From positions 16,740,001-16,804,000 of the forward strand of contig OZ024754.1 in the NCBI GenBank assembly GCA_964016885.1: a stretch of DNA of 64,000 nt, given 5' to 3'. Position 1 is the first letter of the stretch. Each line of letters starts with the position of its first letter. A program made the position numbers and the translations under genes. Positions 11,888 to 26,417 of the stretch are shown here, piece after piece. The DNA comes from Eledone cirrhosa (lineage: Eukaryota). The notes beneath the pieces were generated by a model, which worked only from the letters and a program-made list of their open reading frames with translations, was not told the origin of the DNA and searched no databases.

Positions 11888-13700
11888 TTGGTGTGTGTTC
11901 GCGTTTGGGTGACTGTGTTTTGGTTATTGTATTCTATCTTAGTTTACTAGTGTGTGTTTATATGTGTTTGTTGTTATTGCGCTTGTGTATACATTTATTT
12001 ATTTATTTATTTATTTATATTTCTCTCCCAAAACAATGATCAGGTAAGACAAATGGTCGCGCATGCAATAGGGACTAGTATTAAAACTACTCTAAAGGGC
12101 ACTTATTCAAATTCAATGAATGATCTACACCCAAAATGAGGGAGCAGCCAGTGACGTTGCCAACCTTTTTATGGTATGGTGGGAAAGGAGACTCAAAGAT
12201 CTCCTTGAGGTGAGCTCCATAGACCTCATCATGTACTCTCATTACGTAAACAACATTAATATAGTAATAAGGATACCCCCACAAGAGAGTACTAACAAAT
12301 ATGATTTAGAATGTAGCACAATGGAAAGCATCCAGCAGATAGCTAACGCCATACACCAGAGTATAACTGTAACTATCGACTACCCTTCCAAACAATCTAA
12401 CAGTAGACTACCTGTATTAGACACGGAACTCTAGATTAACACTATAGACGAGAGGATCAAATCCTCCACTCCCACTACGCTAAACCCATGGCCTCCAAAT
12501 ACCTGATACTCAAAAACTCACCAATGTCCAGTAGTGCTAAGTTTAATATTCTGATCACAGACACGGTACGAGTGATGAAGAACGTGTCCCGCATGTGCGA
12601 CCCTACAGAAATGGAAAGACACAGCCAACACTTCATCAACCGCATGCAGTTCTCTGGCTACAACCAAAGAGACAGAATTAGAGTATACGAAGGAGCCACG
12701 GAGAAGTATAAGACCCTCATAGAACTGGACATGAAAGGAATTTGCCCATTATACAGGAGCAAATCATGGAATAGCTTAGATAGGACTAAACATAAGATAG
12801 GGAAAGCCACCTCATGGTACGACAACCAGAGATACCAGAGTGTCATGTTCGTGGATGCTACCCCTGGAGGGAAATTAGCTAACCAGTGTAGAAAGGCCCT
12901 GAGAAAGATCCACTTAAAGATTAAAGTGGTAGAAAAGCCAGGAACTACCATCAAATCCTTGATCAGCAAAACATACTCTTTTAAGAAAACCCACTGTACT
13001 AATAGGAAATGTGTTATATGTAAAGTAAACCCCCCGGATAAACTGTAAAACTAGAAATGTAGTCTATAGCATAAGATGTACAGAGGGTACTTGCAGAAAC
13101 ATGACAACAACATACATAGGCGAGACAGCTCGTAGCATAAGAGAAAGGATAGACCAACACTGGGGGGAATTAAAAGGACAAAAAATGGTTCAGTACTATA
13201 CGAACATGCCAGACAACAACATGACGGTAACATAGACAACATAGAAATTAAAATAATATCTAAACATAGAAATGACCCAGCAGATAGGCAAATCAGAGAG
13301 GCAAGTGAAATAGAGCTTAGAAGGCTAAAGCTAAACAGAAAAAATGAATGGAATAACAACACCCAAACAAACAATACTGACTTAAGCGAAATATAAATAA
13401 ATAAATAAATAAATATATACACAAGCACAATAACAACAAATACATATAAACACACACTAGTAAACTAAGATAGAATACAATAACCAAAACACAGTCACCC
13501 AAACACGAACACACACCAAACACTATACACACACGCAAATGCATGCACAGAGAAGAAGACAAAAATAAATAAACAGATAAAATAAAAATGGCGTAGACAT
13601 ACAATACAATACAACAGGAGGAACATAATAGTACCACTGATGATGTTGCAGATTTGCAACGAAAAATCTTTGTTAGACTATATATATGTGTTTATATCTA
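11888..13700 (+). mobile_element. Penelope-like retroelement, 5'-truncated and degraded (RT C-terminus + GIY-YIG endonuclease) with inverted 5' copy of its 3' repeat
   Basis: VANLFM, degenerate YSHYVNN (YxRYVDD), LPVLDT, HYAKPM. At about 13052-13352 NVVYSIRC..TYIGETARSIRERIDQH..LNRKNEW. 11888-12023 is the reverse complement of 13388-13519. CTGATGA-stem-GAAA at 13637-13664. Confidence 0.88.
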
Positions 13701-13739
13701 TATTATATCTGTATTTTTGACCGTTGGTCAGTCAATGAT

Positions 13740-13870
13740 AAACATTGACGACCAAATAAATTAACTGTACAGATATAAAAGATACAGAAGCGAAAACCAA
13801 CCAAACAGTGAGTGTGTTCTGTTATTAATTCTGGCAATATTATTACAACAATATGACCCTCCCCAAGTAT

Positions 13871-13908
<38 letters not shown>

Positions 13909-14199
13909 CGGCGATGAATTAGTTTTGCGAGGTTTTTGATATGAAATCGTGTGTCAAAACAAATATTGTTATACTTGGGGAGGGTCATATTTGTGTAATA
14001 ATATTGCCAGAATTAATAACAGAACACACTCACTGTTTAGTTGGTTTTCGCTTCTGTTTCTTTTATGGTAACATTGAGGACCGAATAAATTAAATTAACC
14101 GATATAAGAGACACAGAAGCGAAAACCAACCAAACAGTGAGTGTGTTCTGTTATTAATTCTGGCAATATTATTACACAAATATGACCTTCCCCAAGTAT

Positions 14200-14207
<8 letters not shown>
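13740..14207. repeat. Three-part direct/inverted repeat (forward 13740-13877, inverted 13962-14065, forward 14068-14207); further fragment at 54601-54665
   Basis: GAAGCGAAAACCAACCAAACAGTGAGTGTGTTCTGTTATTAATTCTGGCAATATT is present three times in alternating orientation. Confidence 0.85.
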
Positions 14208-14261
<54 letters not shown>

Positions 14262-14268
14262 ATATATC

Positions 14269-17200
14269 TGGTGTTAGGAAGGGCATCCAACCAGTGTATC
14301 AATGCCAAAACGCTTATTAGCACAGCAACAAGTAAGATAGGAACAACAAAATATGAAGACGTCGCATCTCAGAGTTGCAACACTTAATGTTGGCACTCTC
14401 ACAGGTAGATCTGCTGAAATAGCGGAGATGCTGGAGAGAAGGCATGTGGATGTGTGCTGCGTGCAAGAGGTCAGATGGAGAGGTGCCTCTGAGAGACTAG
14501 TCGTAGGCAAACATCTTAGCTATAAGCTTTTCTGGGTAGGTAAGGATGATGGGTTAGGAGAAGTAGGCATTTTCCTGGCTGAGAGATGGATCAATAAGAC
14601 AATAGAGGTAGTTCGAGTTAGTAATCGAATAATTAAGCTTAGATTACTTGTAGACAGGAGAGTACTGACAATCATCTCTGCCTATGCTCCCCAAGCAGGC
14701 CTAGGCAAAGAAGAGAAAGATTGCTTTTACGAGCAACTTTTACAAACAACCGCAATGACAGAGGACGGAGACATCGTTATGCTAGCAGGGGACTTCAATG
14801 GTCATGTTGGACAGCTCCAGGATGGTAACACTGGGGTACATGGTGGGCACGGTTACGGCTCAAGAAATGAAGAAGGAGTAAGACTTCTTGAATTTTGTGA
14901 TGCAAGTACACTGATTATTTGCAACACTAACTTCCAGAAACCTGCCAACCACCTAATAACCTACAAATCTGGTGAGCACATAAGCCAGATTGACTTCTTA
15001 CTAGTTAGGCAGCGGGACAGGCAGATAGTGTCTAATACCAAGGCATACCCTGGGGAAGAATGTACCCCACAGCATAGGTTAGTCGTTAGTGATATCTCTG
15101 TAAGCAAGAGATGGAATGAGACATACAGGAAAGTGTGGAGAAGAAAGGTCTGGAAGCTAAAAGACCTTTCACTAAAATACAAATTTAGGAAAGCCCTTCA
15201 AGATGTGTATGACGAAAAAGATGATTTAGAGATGTATGACATACGTAAGAAATTCCAGTTATTATCTATGTCAAACATCTCTAAATCGTCTTCTTTTTCG
15301 TCATACACATCTTGAAGGGCTTTCCTAAATTTGTATTTATCAGTAGCCTGCAGTAAGTTGTCACGTAAGAAATTCCAGTTATTATCTGACAACTTACTGC
15401 AGGCTACTGATGAAACTTGTGGCTGGAGCAGAGCTTCAACAAGAGTGACCTGGTGGTGGAACAGCACAGTAGATAAGGCCATTAGAGACAAAAGACTAGC
15501 ATGGAAGGCTTGGAAAAAGGGTGGGAGTAGAGAAGGATATACAGCCGCTAAGAGAAGCTAGATGTCAGATGTACTTAGCACACAGGGAGGCTGAGAGTAG
15601 GAGGTTTGCCAATGTTCTGCGATGGGAAGATCAGAGGCGTGTGGTGTTCCACATTACAAGGCAGTGTGTCAATGCAAATCAGGATGTTGTTGGAGATAAA
15701 TGTGTCCGGAATGACCCCGGTGTACTTAGTGTCATGAATGATCAGAAAAAGGAGGCCTGGAAATGTCATTATGAGAGACTGATGAATGTGGAGAACAAAT
15801 GGGAGAGAGAGAAATTACCCTCAGTAGATCCGACAGAGGGACCAGCTATTGAGATTGACGAATATAGGGTCCAAGAGGTGATTAAGGAAATGAAAAATGG
15901 TAAGGCTGCTGGACCATCGGGAATAGTTGCTGAGATGCTGAAGGCATCAGGGGACGTAGGCACTAAACTGGTTGCACGCATCATCAATTAGGTTATGTAT
16001 GGTGGTGTCATACCCAAAGAGTGGTGCAGCAGTATTCTCATAAATTGCTACAAAGGTAAAGGGGATGCTCTGGAGAGGAGCAATTATAGGGGTATAAAAC
16101 TAATGGATCAGGTTATGAAAGTGGCAGAAAGGATATTAGCACAACTAATTAGAGAAAGGGTCAAACTAGATGAGATGCAGTTTGGTTTTGTGCCTGGAAG
16201 AGTACAACAGATGCCCTCTTCTTGGTGAGACAATTACAAGAGAGGTTCTTAGAGAAAAATAAGCCACTATACTTAGCCTTTGTTGACCTAGAGAAGGCCT
16301 TTGATAGGGTACCCCGATCTGTCATCTGGTGGTCCCTAAGGAAACTAGGTGTTGAGGAATGGCTTGTGAGGACAGTGCAAACTTTGTACAGAGGTACTGT
16401 CACTAAAGTCAAGGTTCAGTCCTCAGCCCGCTCTTGTTCATTATAGTTCTCCAAGCCAAAACAGAGGAGTTTAAGACTGGATGGCCATGGGGATTTCTCT
16501 ATGCTGATGATCTGGTTCTTATAGCAGAATCAGTAGAGGAGCTTGAGAATAATTTCTGGCTATGGAAACAGCAGTTGGAAGCAAGAGGACTGAGAGTGAA
16601 CCTAGCTAAGACAAAAGTGTTGATGAGTAGAAAAGAGGACAAAACTCTGATTCCGTCAGAGAAATGGACATGTTCGATATGCAGAAAAGGAACTGGCATA
16701 AATTCTATAAAATGCACACAATGCAGATTCTGGGTACACAAGAGATGTAGTGGGATAGCAGGCAAACTAACAGGTAGGGAGAAATACGTATGCAGTAGAT
16801 TTACAGGGAAATTAGTCAGTAGAAGTCGCATTGATAGACACATTTTTCAAATGCAGGCGGGTGCTATAGAAGTGGTGGATAGCTTCTGGTACCTAGGAGA
16901 TCAGCTTAGCATGAGAGGGGGTGTTCCGAGGCCATAGTATCTAGAATAAGGACGGGTTGGAAGAAGTTTAGGGAGCTGCTTCATCTGCTGACGAAGAAGG
17001 GTTTCTCCCTGCATATGAAAGGCTGGTTATATGATGCCTGTGTGAGGAGCGCGATGCTGCATGGTAGTGAGACATGGGCAGCAACTGCAGAGGATATGCG
17101 ATGGCTGGAGAGAAATGAGGCAAGCATGTTCCATTGGATGTGCAATGTCAATGTGCGTGAACGACCCAGCATGAATGAGTTGAGAGAGAAACTGTGTCTG

Positions 17201-17490
17201 AGAGGGATAGAATGTAGTGTGCGAGAGAGTAGACTGAGGTGGTATGGACATGTGATGCGCATGGAGGATGACAGATGGGTGAAGAAGTGCCAGGAAATGC
17301 CAGTTGAAGGAAAACGTGGTAGAGGAAGACCACGAAAAACATGGGCGGAGGTGGTGAGAACAGGCCTCAGATCGTTGAAGCTCACGGTGGAGATGACGAA
17401 GGACCGTGACGAGTGGAGAGATGCTGTGCTGAATAAGACCCGTCCCACCCTTGCAAGCAGGGAAAAGCGGATGTAAAATGATGATGATAA

Positions 17491-17494
<4 letters not shown>
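14269..17494 (+). mobile_element. RTE-clade LINE, near full length but inactivated (APE endonuclease + RT + PHD-like Cys/His insert)
   Basis: VATLNVGTL, CVQEVRW, ISAYAPQ, GDFNGHVG, SQIDFLL, QHRLVV (APE); GKAAGPSGI, NYRGIKL, QFGFVPG, AFVDLEKAFDRV, LYADDLVL (RT); RLRWYGHVMR, GRPRKTW; (ATG)n tail; about 3.2 kb; stops, frameshifts, a deletion near 16410 and a rearrangement at 15244-15386. Confidence 0.95.
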
Positions 17495-17547
<53 letters not shown>

Positions 17548-19313
17548 TATATATATATATATATATAAACTTCTGCACATGCATGCAGTCACACATACGC
17601 ACATTGACACACATACACTAAATGCACTGACATATATATATATTCACACACTCACGCGCACTCACACATACTGTATACACTTACAACCACCATACATACT
17701 CATACACATTGACACACACACATGCACTACAGACATGTTTGGTGCTAATACTCCTGTGAGATCTACAGTTACCGTGTTGGGCCACAAAGTATTTCTGTTG
17801 TATGAAATAGAAATGAGATTGAATAACAAAATAGATTTAAGATATCTGAAAATAGTCTTTTGTTCTTTGAAACACATCATTTTTACCAAAATAAAAACTA
17901 AGAAGTGAGTCTATTCTTCTTCTTCCTTTTCTCCCCCCTCCCCCATTCCTTATTATTTTAAAGATTAAAGCAAGGGTCTATTTATTCTATTATCTTCTGT
18001 TGACTACAATGTTTGTAACAGGATTGTTATTTAGTTCTAAGTTAGATGTAATTACCATCAAAGTAATAGGTTATGTATTAGTTAGTGTAATACTGTTTTT
18101 ACTCCTATTTCTTCTTAGTAATTCAATCTAATTACTGCTTCGTTACTGCTTTAGCATCATGTTTACAATATGTTTTGGATTTTAAATTAGTTAACATTAA
18201 AGACTGTACACAGAAACCAGGTGGTGACAGATTGGCAGAGCTGTTAGAGTGTCAGATAAAATGTTTTGCAGTCTTTTTGTGTACAGCTCTCTGCATTCAG
18301 AGTTCAAGTCCCACTGAGGTCAGTTTAGCCTTTCTTCCTTTTGAGGTTGATTTAACAAAAAAAAAGAAAAAAGCAATAGTCCAGTACTGGGGTAGATTCT
18401 CTCTCCATATATCTTTTTTTTCACTTCCTCTCTATCAGTCCCTCTCTCTCTTTCTCAGAAGAAATTGGCTATGTCCTGGTGAGGGGGTGGTTTCTGCCAG
18501 GTCTAAAGTACCCTAGCCATGCTGTAAATCACTATGGCGCCAATACGACTCCAAAAGGAGTTACAGGTTCATATATAAATTAGTTAGAGTAATATTTCAT
18601 CTTATTAATTCAACCCAATTACTGCTTTGTTGATGCTCTAGCTTCAGTTTATTGTAAGTTTCGGATTTTAAATGACTTAATTTTAAAGACTATACGCAAC
18701 CAAGTCTTTTTAAAGCAGATTTATTCAATTCTTTAAGATAGCTAAATCCTCTTGGACAAAAATATTCTGTTTTCTCAACAGAGACATAAACTGCTTAAAG
18801 CCTGATCTGTTTGTGTGTAGTAGTACAATGTATACTCAAAATCTAGCCAATATTTATAAAACCTCACCAAAATTATTTATAGAAAACTATCTGGAGATAT
18901 AAATTGCACAAAGTTTTCAGTAATTTTAACTGTATCTAATATATAGTTTTGTTTAGCCCTAGGTTGTTCTTAATTAAACATACCTATGATTGAAGCTGTC
19001 CCTCCATAATCATCCTATTGTATTTTCAGATACAATATATTTGGGACTATATTTATCTAATGTGTCATTCCTTTTCTAAGAACATAGGGTGTGGTTTGAG
19101 TGAGATTTGGTTGCTGTTTTTAGCAGATTAAGTGACCATATAGAGGCTCTGTTGTTGATGCTGGTCAACATTAATCCAAAACAATTGGGATATTTCTGTA
19201 TCTGTTTTAGGTTGCTCTGTTTACTTTGCCATGTACTATTTGTTAGGGTTAAACCTTTTGATTCCAAACTGCCTGAAACCAATCTTTGGTTCTATTATAG
19301 TAAGTTGCTTATT

Positions 19314-19526
19314 TTAACCCTTCAGATTACTCTATTGTATTTTCATGGTAAAGGCTTTACCTCACATAATTATCTCACATAATATTGAATCTATGAGATT
19401 TTAATATTATTTATTTTGAGAACAATACCTTAACATTGGTATAAGTGGCCAGTTATGGCCGGTTTGAACAGAAAGTGGTGAGAGAACTCTGGCCAAATAT
19501 GGTCGGTTTAAATGCTAAAGGGTTAA
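19314..19526. mobile_element. piggyBac-type MITE family A
   Basis: TTAA-CCCTT...AAAGGG-TTAA termini. Confidence 0.8.
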
Positions 19527-19909
19527 TGAGGTTATATTTGTTTAAAAACTTTCCATCATAATTTTATTTAAGAACCTTCATTAAGTTATGCTTCAAACAT
19601 CAACGATATATTGAGAGAGGAGTTATTTTACTAAATCCCTGCAAATTTTCAATATTTACTTTTATCTAATACACACTAATCCCCATGAGAAATTCAATTG
19701 ATGAGGGTCAGTAAAACCAGGTGATCTGATTGTAATCCTAAAGTGTCTAAATAAATCTCCAGTGATATACTTTGTGAGAAAATCATTTAGAATTCTGTGA
19801 CAGTTGTTAAACTAGTTTCCTGGTAAGTTATTTATGGCTTTGACCCCTTATTTGAAGCAAGCCTCTGTCATAGTTGCTACATGTTTCATCTTAAGTTTGT
19901 TCATGCAGT

Positions 19910-20312
19910 TAAATATGTGTGTATATATGTATAAATGTGTGTGTGTATATATGTATACATGTATGTGTGTATATGTATAAATCTGTGTGTGTATATGTAT
20001 AAATATGTATGTATATATGTATAAATGTGTATATGTATAAATGTGTGTGTGTGTATATGTATAAATATGTGTGTATATATGTATAAATGTGTGTGTATAT
20101 GTATAAATGTGTGTGTGTATATGTATAAATATGTGTATATATGTATAAATATGTATATGTATATGTATAAATGTGTGTGTGTATATGTATAAATATGTGT
20201 GTGTATATGTATAAATGTGTGTGTATATGTATAAATGTGTGTGTGTATATGTATAAATGTGTGTGTGTATATGTATAAATGTGTGTATATATGTATAAAT
20301 GTGTATATGTAT
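19910..20312. repeat. TGTATAAATGTGTGTGTATA-type minisatellite
   Basis: Directly visible; variable units of about 20-24 bp. Confidence 0.9.
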
Positions 20313-20322
20313 AACTATCAGA

Positions 20323-23300
20323 AAACTATTACAATTGCTACCCCAGTCATACAAACTATTACAATTGCTACCCCAGTCATACAAACTATTACAATTGCTA
20401 CCCCAGACATACAAACTATTACAATTGCTACCCCAGTCATACAAACTATTACAATTGCTACCCCAGTCATACAAACTATTACAATTGCTACCCCAGACAT
20501 ACAAACTATTACAATTGCTACCCCAGTCATACAAACTATTACAATTGCTACCCCAGTCATACAAACTATTACAACTGCTACCCCAGTCATACAAACTATT
20601 ACAATTGCTACCCCAGTCATACAAACTATTACAATTGCTACCCCAGTCATACAAACTATTACAATTGCTACCCCAGTCATACAAACTATTACAACTGCTA
20701 CCCCAGTCATACAAACTATTACAATTGCTACCCCAGTCATACAAACTATTACAATTGCTACCCCAGTCATACAAACTATTACAATTGCTACCCCAGACAT
20801 ACAAACTATTACAATTGCTACCCCAGTCATACAAACTATTACAATTGCTACCCCAGTCATACAAACTATTACAACTGCTACCCCAGTCATACAAACTATT
20901 ACACTGCTACCCCAGTCATACAAACTATTACAATTGCTACCCCAGTCATACAAACTATTACACTGCTACCCCAGTCATACAAACTATTACAATTGCTACC
21001 CCAGTCATACAAACTATTACACTGCTACCCCAGTCATACAAACTATTACAATTGCTACCCCAGTCATACAAACTATTACACTGCTACCCCAGTCATACAA
21101 ACTATTACAATTGCTACCCCAGTCATACAAACTATTACACTGTTACCCCAGTCATACAAACTATTACACTGTTACCCCAGTCATACAAACTATTACACTG
21201 CTACCCCAGTCATACAAACTATTACAACTGCTACCCCAGTCATACAAACTATTACAATTGCTACCCCAGTCATACAAACTATTACAACTGCTACCCCAGA
21301 CATACAAACTATTACAATTGCTACCCCAGTCATACAAACTATTACAACTGCTACCCCAGTCATACAAACTATTACAATTGCTACCCCAGTCATACAAACT
21401 ATTACAATTGCTACCCCAGTCATACAAACTATTACACTGTTACCCCAGTCATACAAACTATTACACTGTTACCCCAGTCATACAAACTATTACACTGCTA
21501 CCCCAGTCATACAAACTATTACAACTGCTACCCCAGTCATACAAACTATTACAATTGCTACCCCAGTCATACAAACTATTACAACTGCTACCCCAGACAT
21601 ACAAACTATTACAATTGCTACCCCAGTCATACAAACTATTACACTGTTACCCCAGTCATACAAACTATTACACTGCTACCCCAGTCATACAAACTATTAC
21701 ACTGCTACCCCAGTCATACAAACTATTACAATTGCTACCCCAGTCATACAAACTATTACACTGTTACCCCAGTCATACAAACTATTACACTGCTACCCCA
21801 GTCATACAAACTATTACAATTGCTACCCCAGTCATACAAACTATTACAATTGCTACCCCAGTCATACAAACTATTACACTGTTACCCCAGTCATACAAAC
21901 TATTACACTGTTACCCCAGTCATACAAACTATTACACTGCTACCCCAGTCATACAAACTATTACAACTGCTACCCCAGTCATACAAACTATTACAATTGC
22001 TACCCCAGTCATACAAACTATTACAACTGCTACCCCAGACATACAAACTATTACAATTGCTACCCCAGTCATACAAACTATTACAATTGCTACCCCAGAC
22101 ATACAAACTATTACAATTGCTACCCCAGTCATACAAACTATTACAATTGCTACCCCAGTCATACAAACTATTACAACTGCTACCCCAGTCATACAAACTA
22201 TTACAATTGCTACCCCAGACATACAAACTATTACAATTGCTACCCCAGACATACAAACTATTACAATTGCTACCCCAGACATACAAACTATTACAATTGC
22301 TACCCCAGTCATACAAACTATTACACTGCTACCCCAGTCATACAAACTATTACAACTGCTACCCCAGTCATACAAACTATTACAATTGCTACCCCAGTCA
22401 TACAAACTATTACAACTGCTACCCCAGACATACAAACTATTACAATTGCTACCCCAGTCATACAAACTATTACACTGTTACCCCAGTCATACAAACTATT
22501 ACACTGTTACCCCAGTCATACAAACTATTACACTGCTACCCCAGTCATACAAACTATTACAACTGCTACCCCAGTCATACAAACTATTACAATTGCTACC
22601 CCAGTCATACAAACTATTACAATTGCTACCCCAGTCATACAAACTATTACACTGTTACCCCAGTCATACAAACTATTACACTGTTACCCCAGTCATACAA
22701 ACTATTACACTGCTACCCCAGTCATACAAACTATTACAACTGCTACCCCAGTCATACAAACTATTACAATTGCTACCCCAGTCATACAAACTATTACAAT
22801 TGCTACCCCAGTCATACAAACTATTACAATTGTTACCCCAGTCATACAAACTATTACACTGCTACCCCAGTCATACAAACTATTACAACTGCTACCCCAG
22901 TCATACAAACTATTACAATTGCTACCCCAGTCATACAAACTATTACAACTGCTACCCCAGACATACAAACTATTACAATTGCTACCCCAGTCATACAAAC
23001 TATTACAACTGCTACCCCAGTCATACAAACTATTACAATTGCTACCCCAGTCATACAAACTATTACAACTGCTACCCCAGACATACAAACTATTACACTG
23101 TTACCCCAGTCATACAAACTATTACAACTGCTACCCCAGTCATACAAACTATTACACTGCTACCCCAGTCATACAAACTATTACAACTGCTACCCCAGTC
23201 ATACAAACTATTACACTTGCTACCCCAGTCATACAAACTATTACAACTGCTACCCCAGTCATACAAACTATTACAATTGCTACCCCAGTCATACAAACTA

Positions 23301-26300
23301 TTACAATTGCTACCCCAGTCATACAAACTATTACACTGCTACCCCACTCATACAAACTATTACACTGCTACCCCACTCATACAAACTATTACACTGCTAC
23401 CCCAGTCATACAAACTATTACAATTGCTACCCCAGTCATACAAACTATTACACTGCTACCCCAGTCATACAAACTATTACACTGCTACCCCACTCATACA
23501 AACTATTACACTGCTACCCCACTCATACAAACTATTACACTGCTACCCCAGTCATACAAACTATTACAATTGCTACCCCAGTCATACAAACTATTACAAC
23601 TGCTACCCCAGTCATACAAACTAATTCAACTGCTACCCCAGTCATACAAACTATTACAATTGCTACCCCAGTCATACAAACTATTACACTGTTACCCCAG
23701 TCATACAAACTATTACAACTGCTACCCCAGACATACAAACTATTACAATTGCTACCCCAGTCATACAAACTATTACAATTGCTACCCCAGTCATACAAAC
23801 TATTACAATTGCTACCCCAGTCATACAAACTATTACAATTGCTACCCCAGTCATACAAACTATTACAATTGCTACCCCAGACATACAAACTATTACAATT
23901 GCTACCCCAGTCATACAAACTATTACACTGTTACCCCAGTCATACAAACTATTACAACTGCTACCCCAGTCATACAAACTATTACAACTGCTACCCCAGT
24001 CATACAAACTATTACACTGCTACCCCAGTCATACAAACTATTACAATTGCTACCCCAGTCATACAAACTATTACAATTGCTACCCCAGTCATACAAACTA
24101 TTACAATTACTACCCCAGTCATACAAACTATTACAACTGCTACCCCAGTCATACAAACTATTACAACTGCTACCCCAGTCATACAAACTATTACACTGCT
24201 ACCCCAGTCATACAAACTATTACACTGCTACCCCAGTCATACAAACTATTACAATTGCTACCCCAGTCATACAAACTATTACACTGCTACCCCAGTCATA
24301 CAAACTATTACAATTGCTACCCCAGTCATACAAACTATTACAATTGCTACCCCAGTCATACAAACTATTACAATTGCTACCCCAGTCATACAAACTATTA
24401 CACTGCTACCCCAGTCATACAAACTATTACAATTGCTACCCCAGTCATACAAACTATTACAATTGCTACCCCAGTCATACAAACTATTACAATTGCTACC
24501 CCAGTCATACAAACTATTACACTGCTACCCCAGTCATACAAACTATTACAATTGCTACCCCAGTCATACAAACTATTACAACTGCTACCCCAGTCATACA
24601 AACTATTACACTGCTACCCCAGTCATACAAACTATTACAACTGCTACCCCAGTCATACAAACTATTACACTGCTACCCCAGTCATACAAACTATTACACT
24701 GCTACCCCAGTCATACAAACTATTACAATTGCTACCCCAGTCATACAAACTATTACAATTGCTACCCCAGTCATACAAACTATTACAATTGCTACCCCAG
24801 TCATACAAACTATTACACTGCTACCCCAGTCATACAAACTATTACAATTGCTACCCCAGTCATACAAACTATTACAATTGCTACCCCAGTCATACAAACT
24901 ATTACACTGCTACCCCAGTCATACAAACTATGTCAATTGCTACCCCAGTCATACAAACTATTACAATTGCTACCCCAGTCATACAAACTATTACACTGCT
25001 ACCCCAGTCATACAAACTATTACAATTGCTACCCCAGTCATACAAACTATTACACTGCTACCCCAGTCATACAAACTATTACAATTGCTACCCCAGTCAT
25101 ACAAACTATTACACTGCTACCCCAGTCATACAAACTATTACAATTGCTACCCCAGTCATACAAACTATTACACTGCTACCCCAGTCATACAAACTATTAC
25201 AATTGCTACCCCAGTCATACAAACTATTACAATTGCTACCCCAGTCATACAAACTATTACAATTGCTACCCCAGTCATACAAACTATTACAACTGCTACC
25301 CCAGTCATACAAACTATTACACTGCTACCCCAGTCATACAAACTATTACAATTGCTACCCCAGTCATACAAACTATTACACTGCTACCCCAGTCATACAA
25401 ACTATTACAATTGCTACCCCAGTCATACAAACTATTACAATTGCTACCCCAGTCATACAAACTATTACACTGCTACCCCAGTCATACAAACTATTACAAC
25501 TGCTACCCCAGTCATACAAACTATTACAACTGCTACCCCAGTCATACAAACTATTACAATTGCTACCCCAGTCATACAAACTATTACAATTGCTACCCCA
25601 GTCATACAAACTATTACAATTGCTACCCCAGTCATACAAACTATTACACTGCTACCCCAGTCATACAAACTATTACAATTGCTACCCCAGTCATACAAAC
25701 TATTACACTGCTACCCCAGTCATACAAACTATTACAACTGCTACCCCAGTCATACAAACTATTACAACTGCTACCCCAGTCATACAAACTATTACAACTG
25801 CTACCCCAGTCATACAAACTATTACAATTGCTACCCCAGTCATACAAACTATTACACTTGCTACCCCAGTCATACAAACTATTACACTTGCTACCCCAGT
25901 CATACAAACTATTACAGTTGCTACCCCAGACATACAAACTATTACAATTGCTACCCCAGTCATACAAACTATTACAATTGCTACCCCAGTCATACAAACT
26001 ATTACAACTGCTACCCCAGTCATACACACTATTACAATTGCTACCCCAGTCATACAAACTATTACAATTGCTACCCCAGTCATACAAACTATTACACTGC
26101 TACCCCAGACATACAAACTATTACAATTGCTACCCCAGTCATACAAACTATTACAATTGCTACCCCAGTCATACAAACTATTACAATTGCTACCCCAGTC
26201 ATACAAACTATTACAATTGCTACCCCAGTCATGCAAACTATTACAACTGCTACCCCAGTCATACAAACTATTACAATTGCTACCCCAGTCATACAAACTA

Positions 26301-26417
26301 TTACACTTGCTACCCCAGTCATACAAACTATTACACTTGCTACCCCAGTCATACAAACTATTACAATTGCAACCCAGTCATACAAACTATTACAATTGCT
26401 ACCCCAGTCATACAAAC
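20323..26417. repeat. 6.1-kb tandem satellite, 30-bp unit AAACTATTACAATTGCTACCCCAGTCATAC with a 29-bp deletion variant
   Basis: About 205 highly homogeneous units with a few recurring variants; no unique spacers. Confidence 0.98.

Noticed and set aside
20323-26417. CRISPR-like array (30-bp repeats)
   Set aside because: No unique spacers, no cas genes, eukaryotic context.
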